From Candidatus Poribacteria bacterium (GTDB taxonomy: Bacteria; Poribacteria; WGA-4E; PCPOR2b): a stretch of DNA of 64,000 nucleotides. The notes under the pieces are model-generated. The model ran no database searches and was not told the DNA's origin. It was given only the letters and a program-made list of their open reading frames with translations. Made by a program: the position numbers and the translations under genes. Positions 31,004 to 41,921 of the stretch are shown in pieces. The stretch spans positions 2,176,001 to 2,240,000 of the forward strand of contig OZ244042.1 of NCBI GenBank assembly GCA_965215015.1. Reading direction: 5' to 3'. How positions within the stretch are numbered: the first letter of the stretch is position 1; the number at the start of each line of letters is the position of its first letter.

Positions 31004-32764
31004 ATGAAAACCGGACAAGCTGCTATAAAGCTCCTTCGTTACCGCCCAGGACTGTTTCTGCTCACGATACTGTTTCGGGGTGCAGATGACCTTGTTCCAT
31101 TTCTGACTGGGTTGGTCATGAAAGCGTTCTTCGATGCACTCACAGGTGAAGCTCAAGCGGGATTCACCCCATGGACGCTTGTCGCACTGTTTATCGCTGT
31201 CGAGATTGGGGACCGGATCGTCCTGTTTGGATCTGCTGTCGTTTGGCCCCGTTGGTGGTACGCAGTAGAATCGCTTCTTCGTAAAAACCTGATGGCTGCC
31301 CTGCTTGACGTGCGGACGCCACGCCGAATTTCAAGCACTTCTGGTGAAGTAACCAACCGTTTCCGCGATGATGTGGGAACAGTTGTTAGATACTTGGAGC
31401 GATACATTCATCTATGGGGCAACCTCATTTTTGCCGCGCTCGCTATTGTCTGGATGGCGCGGATAAACGTGATGATTACATTTGTTACGGTCATTCCGTC
31501 TATACTCGTTGTAATTATTATTGATGCAGCAAGGAAATATATCCATAAATATCGAACAGCACAGCGGGTCGCCACGGCACAGTCGACAAACTTCATCAAT
31601 GAAATGTTCCAAGCAGTATTGGCAATCAAGGTCGCAACGATGGAGTCAAATATCATCTCGCACTTTCGCCGGCTTAACGATGCACGGCGGAAGTCCACCC
31701 TGATAGATAACCTATTTGAACAACTGCTGCGATCGATTAATCAAAATCTTGGTAACGTGGCAACGGGAGTGATTCTCATACTGGTTGCGGAGAGGATGAA
31801 ATCGGGCGACTTTACCGTTGGAGATATTGCTCTTTTCATGACCTACGTGGGCGAAGTCGCTAGAAGTGGTTCATTACTGGGTACGGTGATGACACACCAT
31901 GCACGCGCACAAATTTCCTTTGGTCGAATGGAGCGAATCATTGATGAAACATCGCCAAGCGTACTCGCCCAACATAGTCCGGTCTACCTCCGGGGCGATC
32001 TGCCCGCCATTCCGGTCCCCGTCAAGACGGACACAGATCAACTCCACGAACTAACGATTAAAGGACTGACCTACCGCTACGAAGAGTCGGAGAATGGGAT
32101 TCACGGAATCGATCTACAAATCCCCTCCAGTTCATTCATCGTTATCACTGGACGAATTGGATCTGGCAAATCAACCCTGCTGCGAACCATCCTCGGAGTA
32201 CTGCCGAAGGAGTCCGGGGAGATTCGCTGGAATGGGGAGGAGGTGAACGATCCCAAATCGTTCTTCGTGCCACCCCGTTGTGCCTATACCCCACAAGTCC
32301 CACGACTTTTTAGCGAGCCGCTCAAGGACAATATTCTCATGGGGTTGCCAGATGATCCGGAGGCACTTAGCCGAGCGATTCACTTAGGTGTGATGGAGCA
32401 GGACCTCCCGACGCTCGAAAATGGGCTAGATACAGTAGTGGGGCCCCGGGGCGTCAAGCTATCGGGGGGACAGATACAACGTGCCGCTGCGACGCGGATG
32501 TTTATCCGTCCTGCGGAGCTCTTTGTTTTTGACGATCTATCTTCTGCGCTGGACGTAGAAACAGAACGGTTACTGTGGGATCGCGTCTTTGAAACACAGC
32601 GTTCTACCTGTCTTGTTGTTTCCCATCGTCGCCCAGCACTCCGTCGTGCCGATAAGATTATCGTCCTGAAGGACGGACGGATTGAAGGGGCGGGCACACT
32701 GGACGACCTCTTGGTTTCCTGTGAAGAGATGCAACAGTTGTGGAAGGGGGATGTAGACATGTAG
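31004..32764 (+). CDS. ABC exporter, fused permease/ATP-binding
   Basis: Transmembrane N-terminus; GRIGSGKS, LSGGQ, FVFDDLSSALD and VSHR motifs. Confidence 0.92.
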   Translation: MKTGQAAIKLLRYRPGLFLLTILFRGADDLVPFLTGLVMKAFFDALTGEAQAGFTPWTLVALFIAVEIGDRIVLFGSAVVWPRWWYAVESLLRKNLMAALLDVRTPRRISSTSGEVTNRFRDDVGTVVRYLERYIHLWGNLIFAALAIVWMARINVMITFVTVIPSILVVIIIDAARKYIHKYRTAQRVATAQSTNFINEMFQAVLAIKVATMESNIISHFRRLNDARRKSTLIDNLFEQLLRSINQNLGNVATGVILILVAERMKSGDFTVGDIALFMTYVGEVARSGSLLGTVMTHHARAQISFGRMERIIDETSPSVLAQHSPVYLRGDLPAIPVPVKTDTDQLHELTIKGLTYRYEESENGIHGIDLQIPSSSFIVITGRIGSGKSTLLRTILGVLPKESGEIRWNGEEVNDPKSFFVPPRCAYTPQVPRLFSEPLKDNILMGLPDDPEALSRAIHLGVMEQDLPTLENGLDTVVGPRGVKLSGGQIQRAAATRMFIRPAELFVFDDLSSALDVETERLLWDRVFETQRSTCLVVSHRRPALRRADKIIVLKDGRIEGAGTLDDLLVSCEEMQQLWKGDVDM

Positions 32765-32767
32765 TTG

Positions 32768-34219
32768 TCAATAAGGATTCTCCGCTGTTGTTATGGGACA
32801 CCAGCGAGAGGTCAATAGGTTGTCCCATAAAGTGTTTTGTGCTTGAGACGTTCCAATCTGTTGTAATACTGATGCTGCATAGTAACGAACATACCGGTCC
32901 TCATCATTTAACCTGCCCGCCAATGCCGGGACAATTCCGTCTGCGGATTGACCAATCTTTGCCAGTGCCATCACCGCATTAAGTCGGACAAGCATCTCCG
33001 AGTCGCTTAAGACCTGCGTCAATGCCGGAACAATCTCTGCAGCAGGTGCCGCAATTATTCCCAACGCCTCCGCTGCATTGCGGCGAACCCACGAACTCTC
33101 ATCACGTAGTTTCTGAATCAATGTTGGCACGGCTTCTTTTGCAAGCGAGCCCAGATTGCCCAACGTGTCTGCTGCTGCTGCACGAGCGTGCCAAGACGCC
33201 TCGCCTAGCACCGAAATTAATGCCGGTACACTGGGTTGTCCCACTTCGGTCAGTGCTTGGGCGGAATAGAGATCTGCTGGATTGCCCCCTTGTGGATTCG
33301 CTGCAGTTTTTGCGATGTTTATCTCTGCCCAAGCCTCGGCCTCATCTCGTAATGTTTGAATAAGTGCCGGCACGACAGCTTCCCCTTTCCTACCCAGTGC
33401 ATACGCCGAAGTCAGGCGAACGCTTTCATCGGTATCTCGTAGCCCCGCTATCAGCTGGGACACAGAGCCATTTTCGACAGGCGCGACGTGTATTGAATCT
33501 GCAATATTACTTTGAGAGATCCAGTTCCAAACATGCCTTGATAACGCCGGATGATCATCGTTAGCCGCGGGTTGCCACGTATACCCGTTACTCTGTAAAG
33601 GTTGAGAAGGTTCTTTCATCCGTGTGAACTGAAACTTCAGCATGTAACGCTTTTTGTCACTACGATTCGCTGTCGCCCGATGCCATGAATCGAAATTGAC
33701 GATTGTCACCGTGCCCGCCTTTCCACAAAGTGTCTTCGCCTGCTCAGCGCTTTGCGTCGGATCCGTGTCGGAAACCGTGTTGTAATACTGCTTTCCAGGC
33801 AAAACACCTGTTGGTCCCATGTCTTCGGTGACATCTTGCGGATAGTAGAAAGCCATTACCCATCGGAAGCGGTGATGACGCACCTTTTGGTCAAACACAT
33901 AGTCGTCTTTATGCCAAGTTTGTTCGTCACTCCCCGGTGAGTTGAGATGACAGTAACGATGCGGATGCATAAGGTAATCCGGCCCCAACAGACTCGTCAG
34001 TGCGCCACAAACCTTTGGATGCTCAAAAACCCGCTGAATCTCAGGGATCCGGGGCAGCAGATTGTTTCCCGGATTGCCTTCCTTCGCAAGTACCTCTTCA
34101 ATTTGCTGATAGATGTGGTCGTGAAGGTTAATCGGAAAATCAGCTTGAATTTGAATATACCCGTTGACAATAAAATCTCGCATTTCTCCCTCATTAAGGA
34201 GATAAGCTTTGTCCACCAT
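32768..34219 (-). CDS. PhyH (2OG-Fe(II) dioxygenase) domain fused to HEAT repeats
   Basis: FIVNGY, WHKD, GPTGVLPG and WHRA motifs; repeated AVPxLIxxLxD...VRxxAAxALG units. Confidence 0.9.
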   Translation of the reverse strand: MVDKAYLLNEGEMRDFIVNGYIQIQADFPINLHDHIYQQIEEVLAKEGNPGNNLLPRIPEIQRVFEHPKVCGALTSLLGPDYLMHPHRYCHLNSPGSDEQTWHKDDYVFDQKVRHHRFRWVMAFYYPQDVTEDMGPTGVLPGKQYYNTVSDTDPTQSAEQAKTLCGKAGTVTIVNFDSWHRATANRSDKKRYMLKFQFTRMKEPSQPLQSNGYTWQPAANDDHPALSRHVWNWISQSNIADSIHVAPVENGSVSQLIAGLRDTDESVRLTSAYALGRKGEAVVPALIQTLRDEAEAWAEINIAKTAANPQGGNPADLYSAQALTEVGQPSVPALISVLGEASWHARAAAADTLGNLGSLAKEAVPTLIQKLRDESSWVRRNAAEALGIIAAPAAEIVPALTQVLSDSEMLVRLNAVMALAKIGQSADGIVPALAGRLNDEDRYVRYYAASVLQQIGTSQAQNTLWDNLLTSRWCPITTAENPY

Positions 34220-34248
34220 TTCCTTTTTTCCTTTCGATGTGGCTCCTC

Positions 34249-34923
34249 CTACTTCCTGTGTGAAGGCAAAAGTCTCATGAGTTCGGACTCGCTCAAGTAC
34301 GGCTGAATTTTTTCCGAAAATTCAGCGACTGTTTCGTCAACCGTTGCAGTGGAGGTGTCTAGCATTATCTTAGATTTAATTGACGAATTTTGGTACGCCT
34401 CCTCGAATTTTTGCAGCACATCTGCAATGTCCCGTTCAGGCACAACGGGGTATTTATGGGGATTTTCTTTCATCCGCTTGGCAATAACTTCGGGCGACGC
34501 CTTCACTAGGATAAGCACGGTTTCAGGTGCGAATTTGAGGATACGCTGCTCAAGGTTTTTTGCAATCGTTTGCCGATCACCCATCTCGCCCGGCCCTCCG
34601 TAACCGTAGTATAGGGGCCCGTATATTGCGTCTTCGATGTGGATGCCTATTCCGAGAAAGTCCTCTCCCCCCGCAGATTCAGCAGGCGTGTGGTAGTAAA
34701 GATTGTGCCGCTGTATAACCTCTGTCATTCGCGGACTAAGTGCATCGAACTGAGCAATTTCTTCCTCAGTGAGTTCTGGTCCATGGGGTTTGGTATCCGG
34801 CAGCTTGAAGTGGTCGTGGATAAGAGTAAATTCCTTGCCCAGCCTTTCTTTAGTCCATTCGTTGATTGCATTGGCTAATGTCGTTGTACCACTGTATTCA
34901 CAGCCGATCAGAATAAGTCTCAT
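34249..34923 (-). CDS. P-loop nucleotide-kinase-like protein
   Basis: MRLILIGCEYSGTTTLA (degenerate Walker A), LVKASPEVIAKR and LDTS motifs. GGAGG RBS before ATG 34923. Confidence 0.7.
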   Translation of the reverse strand: MRLILIGCEYSGTTTLANAINEWTKERLGKEFTLIHDHFKLPDTKPHGPELTEEEIAQFDALSPRMTEVIQRHNLYYHTPAESAGGEDFLGIGIHIEDAIYGPLYYGYGGPGEMGDRQTIAKNLEQRILKFAPETVLILVKASPEVIAKRMKENPHKYPVVPERDIADVLQKFEEAYQNSSIKSKIMLDTSTATVDETVAEFSEKIQPYLSESELMRLLPSHRK

Positions 34924-35087
34924 TTTTTCCTCCGTTACTTTTGGGTAGGTAGGGGTTGTGCTTGAGAAATGTGGGGACTCTACTTCATCTTGTCCTTCCA
35001 ATCATTAACATAACCCAAGCTGCTATGTATCGAAAATCTACTGTTTTTTTTCTCCGAATGGAGTTTCCTCGCCCGTCAATTACTTTC

Positions 35088-35218
35088 GCTCCAACGGAGC
35101 GATATGTCTATAGAATACTGACACCTCTAATGTCTGAGCCCCAGAGAAGCGCAATGTGTATAGCAGGGCATGTCTAACCCAAATATACCAAAGCACCAGT
35201 GGGGCGACATGTGTGTCG
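35088..35218 (+). repeat. Three degenerate ~26-bp direct repeats
   Basis: GCTCCAACGGAGCGATATGTCTATAG (35088), GCCCCAGAGAAGCGCAATGTGTATAG (35138), GCACCAGTGGGGCGACATGTGTGTCG (35193). Confidence 0.65.
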
Positions 35219-35349
35219 CATTGAATTAATGCGAGATGGATCGAGTCAATCATTGCTTGTTGCCCCCTAACCCTAAGATTTCTAGTAGATGTCGAGTATG
35301 GAAACTCAACCTACGGGCTATATAGCAGCTTGCGTTAGAATGACATAGG

Positions 35350-36345
35350 TCAAGACAAATTTTGTGCCTGCTGCTTTCTGTAGGCTGCACTGGCAGCGTT
35401 CAGAATCTCAATATCTGCGTCGGGCAGTACCACCTCTGTACCAGCGAAATTGTCCTTGACATGTTCAGGACGTTCAGCACCAGCCAGCACGCTCGTCACC
35501 TCTGGATGGGTCAGCACCCAAGCGACGCAAACCGTGGCACGGCTCACACCCAAATTGTGAGCGACCAGATCCAGCAGGCCTATCAAAGTTCCTAACGGCG
35601 TATCCAAGTCGATATTACGCCTCGGCACAAGGTGACCCGTGTCCAAAGGGCTAAAGGCGAGGAGCCCCAGCCCTGATTGCCGCAACACGGGAAACATCTC
35701 CTCCTCTAGTTGGCATACACGGGAATGGCCTGTATCAGTCAATGATTCTCCAGCGATGTTATAGTAATCTTCAGTGCCCGCAATGGGGGCTTTGCCCGTT
35801 CTTTGACCCAGTTCAACGTACTCGCTCACCTGTTCCGTACTATGGTTGGAGACACCCCAGTATCGAATCATTCCCGACTGCACCAGCGCATCCATTGAAT
35901 CGACAATCTCTGCTGCTGGGGTAACCTTGTCCGGCTGATGGAGCAGATAGAGATCGATATAGTCGGTCTGTAGGCGTCTGAGGCTGCCTTCTGCCTGTTG
36001 GAAGAGAAAACCTCTGGTAAAACGCGCAGGTTTCCCCGGACTATCCTCTTTTTTTGGCGTGTATGATGCAGCAACTTTGGTGCAAATAACCACCTGATCG
36101 CGCCGCCCTGCGATAGCTTTTCCCAAGGTTTCTTCTGCCCCGCCCCAGCCGTAGGCGTTCGATGAATCAAAGAAGTTTACGCCCACCTCAAGACAATGTT
36201 GCAGCACACGCAGGCCCATTGGGTTATCCGCTGCTCGTGGCATATTCCGAAATGCTGTCCCCTGACAGAGACGGGAGACGTACAAATCTGTCTGTCCAAA
36301 ACGCACCAGATGCGCGGGGTACTGTTCATTTGACTTTTTTGCCAT
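35350..36345 (-). CDS. Aldo/keto reductase
   Basis: FDSSNAYG, ICTKV, SLRRLQTDYIDLYLLH and GVSN motifs. Confidence 0.93.
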   Translation of the reverse strand: MAKKSNEQYPAHLVRFGQTDLYVSRLCQGTAFRNMPRAADNPMGLRVLQHCLEVGVNFFDSSNAYGWGGAEETLGKAIAGRRDQVVICTKVAASYTPKKEDSPGKPARFTRGFLFQQAEGSLRRLQTDYIDLYLLHQPDKVTPAAEIVDSMDALVQSGMIRYWGVSNHSTEQVSEYVELGQRTGKAPIAGTEDYYNIAGESLTDTGHSRVCQLEEEMFPVLRQSGLGLLAFSPLDTGHLVPRRNIDLDTPLGTLIGLLDLVAHNLGVSRATVCVAWVLTHPEVTSVLAGAERPEHVKDNFAGTEVVLPDADIEILNAASAAYRKQQAQNLS

Positions 36346-36676
36346 TTATCCATCCCTTTCGTGCAAATTCCGTTACAAGTTTCATCCTTTTTCAGATCCA
36401 TCACCATGCCATTAGAACGTTCAAAACGATGCCGCTTATAAACTTTCAGTCTCCTTTTCGTTGGGACAGGGGTTGAAGCGCAGGCAAGCAGGTTAGATGT
36501 TGAGTTCTACTCATGTTTGATTAAAAAGGGAACGCCCTTTGGAGTGAGCAGGTGTAAATCGAAGATTTACCAATTCTACTAAAAAAACAAAGGGAAAAAC
36601 AACGGTTACACGCCTTAGCCCTTGCTCGCTTTCTCACCCTTGCAATTGCACACTTGCTGCTTTTAGCTCACCCTTA

Positions 36677-37978
36677 TTACGCTGCCAGTTGCCGGAGCAT
36701 ACGGATGCATTCATCGACCATCCGCTCGCCGGTGCCTTCCTCCGCGTAGCTGTGTAGCCCCATCCAAGTTTGATAGCCGCCGAGTGTGTGCGCTTCCCGA
36801 TCGGGCAGGTAGCCCATCCAGTCATTGGCGAGCGAGGCGATGTAGGTATACTGAAAAGGTGAGTGTTCCTTGAGGTCAACACCTAAGCCTGTAAACAATT
36901 CACCCGGCACACCGACGATGGCAACTTCACCAATAACCATCGCTTGGAGTATAGTTTGACGGGCCTGTCCTTGTTGGGACGCAAGGATCTGACGCATGTT
37001 TCGGAAGACGTTGATGGTACTATCTGCGCCATCCGGCACCCGCTTACGACAGTACGAGGATACCTTTTCGTCCTCCACAGCTTCGTCAAACGTCCGAACC
37101 TTGAACGTAAAGGGGCACTGAATGGACGCCAATTTTTCAACGGGCATCAGCTTTGCCTGCCCCATAGCGTCAGTGATCGCCTCTTTGAGCCGCTTAACCG
37201 CTTCGGGAGGTGGCACCTCGGTGACATTGTGTGTCGAGCCAAACGCGCCCGGCAGAAAGCACACGCTGCCACCCAACTTGGCTTCTAATTCCTGTGCTGT
37301 TAAGCCGTAGAAACTGGGAGAGCGGACATCCCCGTTGCAAGTGCCGATCGTATGGGTGGAGTGGTTATATATCAGGGCCTGAAGATGATTATCCGCATCG
37401 CGGAAAGCGAAAACCGGCAGTTGTGGGTCAAAAGGTCCGGTTGGTCGCATCGCGTCCGTTCGCGGTCCCACCCACCAGATTGTGCCATCAGCAAGCAACA
37501 GACGGCTGTTCCCACCAATGGTATTTTCTTCACCTTGATGAAAATAAAAATAGGATTCGTCGTCGCTTAAGTGTGCATCTGCCTGTTGGACACCCCGGAT
37601 AATCCCTTCGCGTAAATATTGGCAAAACACTTCGTCGCGACCGTAGCCGTGCACAACGATGGTACTCGGTGCGTGATGTGTGTGCGTGGCACTGATCAGG
37701 ATGTTGGCAGGGGGAATGCCGGTCGTCCTTTCGATCTCGGAGACCGCGGCATCAACATCATCGCGAGTCAAAGCGATAACATCACAAACGACAATGGCGA
37801 GTTTAAGGCTCGATGGTTTTTCAATCACAATGGCAACTGCTCTCAGTTCCCCTTCTTGACCCGTGACATGCCTCGGCAGGATGCTGCCGGCGACGACCAT
37901 TGAATCATCGACGGAAAGATGAATTTTACCTGTGCCGACGCGCAAACCAGCACTATGCACGACAGGGGCTGATTTCAT
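36677..37978 (-). CDS. Neutral/alkaline ceramidase-like hydrolase
   Basis: ATHTHHAP, PGELF and LANDWMGYLP...GGY motifs. GGAGG RBS before MKSAP. Confidence 0.7.
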   Translation of the reverse strand: MKSAPVVHSAGLRVGTGKIHLSVDDSMVVAGSILPRHVTGQEGELRAVAIVIEKPSSLKLAIVVCDVIALTRDDVDAAVSEIERTTGIPPANILISATHTHHAPSTIVVHGYGRDEVFCQYLREGIIRGVQQADAHLSDDESYFYFHQGEENTIGGNSRLLLADGTIWWVGPRTDAMRPTGPFDPQLPVFAFRDADNHLQALIYNHSTHTIGTCNGDVRSPSFYGLTAQELEAKLGGSVCFLPGAFGSTHNVTEVPPPEAVKRLKEAITDAMGQAKLMPVEKLASIQCPFTFKVRTFDEAVEDEKVSSYCRKRVPDGADSTINVFRNMRQILASQQGQARQTILQAMVIGEVAIVGVPGELFTGLGVDLKEHSPFQYTYIASLANDWMGYLPDREAHTLGGYQTWMGLHSYAEEGTGERMVDECIRMLRQLAA

Positions 37979-38037
37979 CAAGTTACCTCCAAGAGAGAAA
38001 TATGTAATCAAGTAGAGCTCATGTTAAGAAATCGTGC

Positions 38038-38078
38038 AATAGAGCCCGAGTTTTCAAGAAAAAAACTCGGGCTCTATT
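38038..38078. terminator. Perfect 17-bp stem hairpin (terminator or REP-like)
   Basis: AATAGAGCCCGAGTTTT-CAAGAAA-AAAACTCGGGCTCTATT. Confidence 0.6.
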
Positions 38079-38195
38079 TGCGTTTTGCACTTTCTTTTTA
38101 TATAATTCAAAAAGAAAGCCCGGAAAAACACCTTTTCTGAACTGGACTATTCCTCAACTTTGTTCACCTCGGTAAAACTTTAGTGGGATAACTCC

Positions 38196-39812
38196 CTAAT
38201 AGTCAATCGGTTCTCGCCCGAAGTGACGGTGGAGACGGTATCGGATGGCACAATCGACATCGTAAACCTCAAAAGGATTCTCAATATTCGGATCGCGCTT
38301 CATCAGCGTGATTCGCACCGCGTTATGCCCCGGCTTCGGATAATATTCAGGGGACAGTTGGTATTTATACACCTGTCCGTAGGGACCTACAGCCCCAGTG
38401 CTTATCAGGCGATAGTTCAGATCTTCTATATCTAGAATAGAATCCGGTAACCGTTGACCGTTAAGTTCAATTCGGATCGCGTTCAACAAAGGTTCAATCC
38501 CGGTCATGCGTATTCGTAGCTGAACCGATTCGACCCTTCCTAGCGCGCCCCATTTTTCGAGTTCGTCGCTTATCCGCAGGCGTACCTCGACCGGTTTTCC
38601 CTCAACCAACGTCTGTGGGAGGGAAGGTGCCACACCGGGTGCCCAACCTACACCTTTGGTCACGCCCCGTGTCTCGGAGCGGACGCGGTAAAGCTTATTA
38701 GCTGTGGCTAACATTTCAGGGTGCCCCAGTAGGCGCAAGGTCTGGTACTCGTCGTGCGTCCAGGGCCAACCGTTGGGTGTCCAATGGGCGTCCCCTATCC
38801 CGAAACCGTCCGCGCCTTGGGCATAGGCGTTCGCAGCGGCAGCCCAAATCATCGGCGGGGTGGCGTACTGTTTCAGCTGCCTGCCGAGCACGTTTTGGAA
38901 GGACGCAAGTACCCTGCATTGGGTGCCATTAGTCAACGCTACCGCCCCTGAGAGATCGGGATCCTGATCCACAGGTCCCTGCGTGAGCCCAGGTTGACAG
39001 ATTAAGCCATCCACCAATCTCTCCGAAACCCAACGCGGAACATCGTATCCAAGGGCACGCCAAGCGTCTGGATGTGCTGGGATACGGACATAAATGCGTT
39101 TACGACGCCCCTGATTCCCTTCAGCTTTCCGAGCAACTTCGCGCAGGTCGTGTATCCATTGGGTCATAATCGGCGCGAGCTCCTCCACCTCGTCAAATCT
39201 ACAGAACGGAACAAAATCGGTCATGTTTAGTTCGATCCCATCGGTTTCGTAGCGCGCGAGTAGTTCCTCAGACACCTGAAAGCGTTCCTCTCGAACCTCC
39301 GGGTGCAAGAAACTGAACCGAGTTGTTGATGCGTCCGATGCCCGTGGATCTGCCTCTTCCCCCACCTGAAACTCTGGATGTGCGTACACAAAGTCAGACT
39401 TGCGACCCAATCCGCCCTCGGTCGCTCGATCCCCCCCAGAGAGGGTGACCGGGTTGCTGGGAATGAACCAAATCCCTTTTTCGTGGCAGCGATCACAGAG
39501 CAGCGTCAGCAGGTCATAGCCATCGGCGACCAGTTGATGGATGTTTCGACCGGCACGATACCAGACCGTATGCGTCCATTTGACGACATTATCCCCCCAC
39601 TTCTGCGCCACGCGGCTATCATACATGGTCACGCCTCCCTCAAGCACCGCGAAGTATATGAGGGTATCTACACCGCTGTCCGCCAGTTGGTCCACGTTGA
39701 AGGTGAAGTCCGAAGGTTCAAGGGGTGGTTCAAATTGATACAGACTGGCGGCGTGCCGCCCGTCATCGAACATGCAAACACGGGGTTCGTCCAAGGAATG
39801 TCTACGCTTCAT
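38196..39812 (-). CDS. Glycoside-hydrolase-like TIM-barrel protein (GHL10-like)
   Basis: CHEKGIWF, HPEF, FLHPEVRE, RYETDGIELN and WVSERLVD motifs. Confidence 0.65.
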   Translation of the reverse strand: MKRRHSLDEPRVCMFDDGRHAASLYQFEPPLEPSDFTFNVDQLADSGVDTLIYFAVLEGGVTMYDSRVAQKWGDNVVKWTHTVWYRAGRNIHQLVADGYDLLTLLCDRCHEKGIWFIPSNPVTLSGGDRATEGGLGRKSDFVYAHPEFQVGEEADPRASDASTTRFSFLHPEVREERFQVSEELLARYETDGIELNMTDFVPFCRFDEVEELAPIMTQWIHDLREVARKAEGNQGRRKRIYVRIPAHPDAWRALGYDVPRWVSERLVDGLICQPGLTQGPVDQDPDLSGAVALTNGTQCRVLASFQNVLGRQLKQYATPPMIWAAAANAYAQGADGFGIGDAHWTPNGWPWTHDEYQTLRLLGHPEMLATANKLYRVRSETRGVTKGVGWAPGVAPSLPQTLVEGKPVEVRLRISDELEKWGALGRVESVQLRIRMTGIEPLLNAIRIELNGQRLPDSILDIEDLNYRLISTGAVGPYGQVYKYQLSPEYYPKPGHNAVRITLMKRDPNIENPFEVYDVDCAIRYRLHRHFGREPIDY

Positions 39813-39846
39813 AGCGGTTTACCTTTCCGATAGGAAAATTCAAGAT

Positions 39847-40623
39847 TCACGCAGATACTGGATCAAAGGCTGCTAGAAAAGCCCGCGTCGTATTATTAAG
39901 GTTGCCATAAAACGCTCGTACCTCCGGATTCGGATCGTGACGCCAGAATCGCGGCGGTATCACAGAGCAGTCACTCAGGAAAGGACGAGAACGATGACCA
40001 TAATACGCTTGAACCGTTTTCCGCTCTCGTTGTGTGACGCGAACCGTTGCCGTATGCGGAACGGCGATATTGAAAAGCACGACGGTCCCTGCCGGTCCGT
40101 GAATGTCTACACTTCCATTGCGCTCGACGTTTGCTGCTACGTCCCAGATTGGCTCATCAACGGACTCGGGTGAAATGGAGAAGCAGTGCGTTCCCTCATC
40201 GACGTCGGTGAGGTAGACCATCAGTTGTATGTAGTCCATGCGAAGCGGATGCTCCTCCCAATGCGGACGGTCCCGATGGAAGCCTTGGCGGGGTTCGCCA
40301 TCATAAGGTGCCATGTGGCGTAGGCAAATCTCGGAGAAGCAGACGGGTCCCCCCATGAAAAACTCAATCGCCGGCAGAATATTGGGATGGCGGAGGAGTC
40401 GGTCAAATTCCGGCGAGGTAACTAACGCATTGCAGTTTCGCATCTGGTTAGCGAAGGGGTGCCAGCAGTTTGGGCTGCCAAACTTCTCGCGGTCACAATC
40501 GTAAATTTCACGGAAGTACGACACTTCATCAGGTGTGAGAGCGTCCTTGAGAATGACATAACCGTGCTCACGGAAATGTGGGAGAAGTGTTTGGAGGACA
40601 TCTGTTGTTTGGGAGTCCGTCAT
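39847..40623 (-). CDS. Phytanoyl-CoA dioxygenase (PhyH) family protein
   Basis: FREHGY, FHRD, VYLTD and GPAGTVVLF...PH motifs. Confidence 0.9.
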   Translation of the reverse strand: MTDSQTTDVLQTLLPHFREHGYVILKDALTPDEVSYFREIYDCDREKFGSPNCWHPFANQMRNCNALVTSPEFDRLLRHPNILPAIEFFMGGPVCFSEICLRHMAPYDGEPRQGFHRDRPHWEEHPLRMDYIQLMVYLTDVDEGTHCFSISPESVDEPIWDVAANVERNGSVDIHGPAGTVVLFNIAVPHTATVRVTQRERKTVQAYYGHRSRPFLSDCSVIPPRFWRHDPNPEVRAFYGNLNNTTRAFLAAFDPVSA

Positions 40624-40675
40624 TCGTTCTTCCTTTCTGAAATGGTGTGTGGAGAACCGCCTTTTGCGAATCGAA

Positions 40676-41764
40676 TCACTCGTACATCATCACTTGCGCC
40701 GGATTGATAGCCCCGTATTTACCCTTGTTTGCGGTAATCTCAAAGGCTTTGGGGACAGACTCGATGCCGGGTAAAACGTGCTTGATGGTCGGTTTCAGTC
40801 GAATCCGTCCGGAGGCGACCAACCGAACCGTGTGTTCTAAGTGTGCCAGTGTGCTGATGTCTGGGAACAAACATCTGAGACTGCGCTCCCGGAGCGAATC
40901 GACATCAAGCTCCATCGGATGACCGAACCACGAAACGATAGCCAACTTCCCTCCCGACCGGACAGCTGCAATGGCTTGTGTAAGCGTTTTCGTTCCCGAT
41001 AACCCCTGCTTTGGGCTGCCGCCCGCGCATTCAAAAACGACATCGGCACCGTTGCCATCGGTCAACTCCTGAATGACCTCAACCGGATCGTCACGACTCG
41101 CGTCGATGCTGTGATCAGCACCCAACTTCCTAGAGACTTGGCACGCTTCCTCTCGGACATCTACGGTGATCAAGCGTCCCGCGCCACTCGCACGAGCGAC
41201 CTGCATACACTCAAGCCCCATGCTGCCCTGGCCAAAGATAGCGACGGTGTCCCCAATACCTATCTCCGCTGTATCCACCGCTGCAAGGCTGTCGGAGAGC
41301 GATTGCAAGCACGCTGCCTCGCTGTTGGAAATGCGGTCGTCCACTTTCGTCAAAGCGATTTCGGGCAGAACAGCAAACTCGGAGAAGCAACCGGGCAACT
41401 GAAAGCCGATAATCGGCCCCCGGCGGCAGTCATTTCCACGCTCTGATCGGCAGAGGGAGCATTCACCGCAGGGTAGCTTGGCGCGCGCTGCCACACGGTC
41501 TCCCGAACGGAACTGTGAATCCTCATCCACTTCGACGATTCGGGCGCAGAACTCGTGTCCGAATAACCGTATCGGTGCCTCCGTCTCCAATCGGTGTTTG
41601 ATCTGCTCGTAAGCAAGGGTCGGAATACCGGAAGCCAGTTGTGCTTCGGTGACGGAGGGTTGCACACAGAGAATCTCTGCGATCACATGTCCCTCACGAC
41701 GAACCGGGTCAGGTACCTCGTCCAACCGCATATCGTTAAATCCATAAAAACGCCACGCTTTCAT
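40676..41764 (-). CDS. Zinc-binding alcohol/threonine dehydrogenase family protein
   Basis: GHEF, CGECSLC...C, GQGSMG and DVVFECAG motifs. Start MKAWRF. Confidence 0.9.
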   Translation of the reverse strand: MKAWRFYGFNDMRLDEVPDPVRREGHVIAEILCVQPSVTEAQLASGIPTLAYEQIKHRLETEAPIRLFGHEFCARIVEVDEDSQFRSGDRVAARAKLPCGECSLCRSERGNDCRRGPIIGFQLPGCFSEFAVLPEIALTKVDDRISNSEAACLQSLSDSLAAVDTAEIGIGDTVAIFGQGSMGLECMQVARASGAGRLITVDVREEACQVSRKLGADHSIDASRDDPVEVIQELTDGNGADVVFECAGGSPKQGLSGTKTLTQAIAAVRSGGKLAIVSWFGHPMELDVDSLRERSLRCLFPDISTLAHLEHTVRLVASGRIRLKPTIKHVLPGIESVPKAFEITANKGKYGAINPAQVMMYE

Positions 41765-41921
41765 CTGAGATTTCTCCCATTCCATTAGTTTGCAGCTGTC
41801 TATACGCTCCCCGATCAAAGACCGGAAACGTATTTGATTCATTAGTTCATTAATGAACCAATTCACCAATGAACACTTGAATGATGTGGAAATGACCTCC
41901 TAACCCAACCGCACTATAAGG

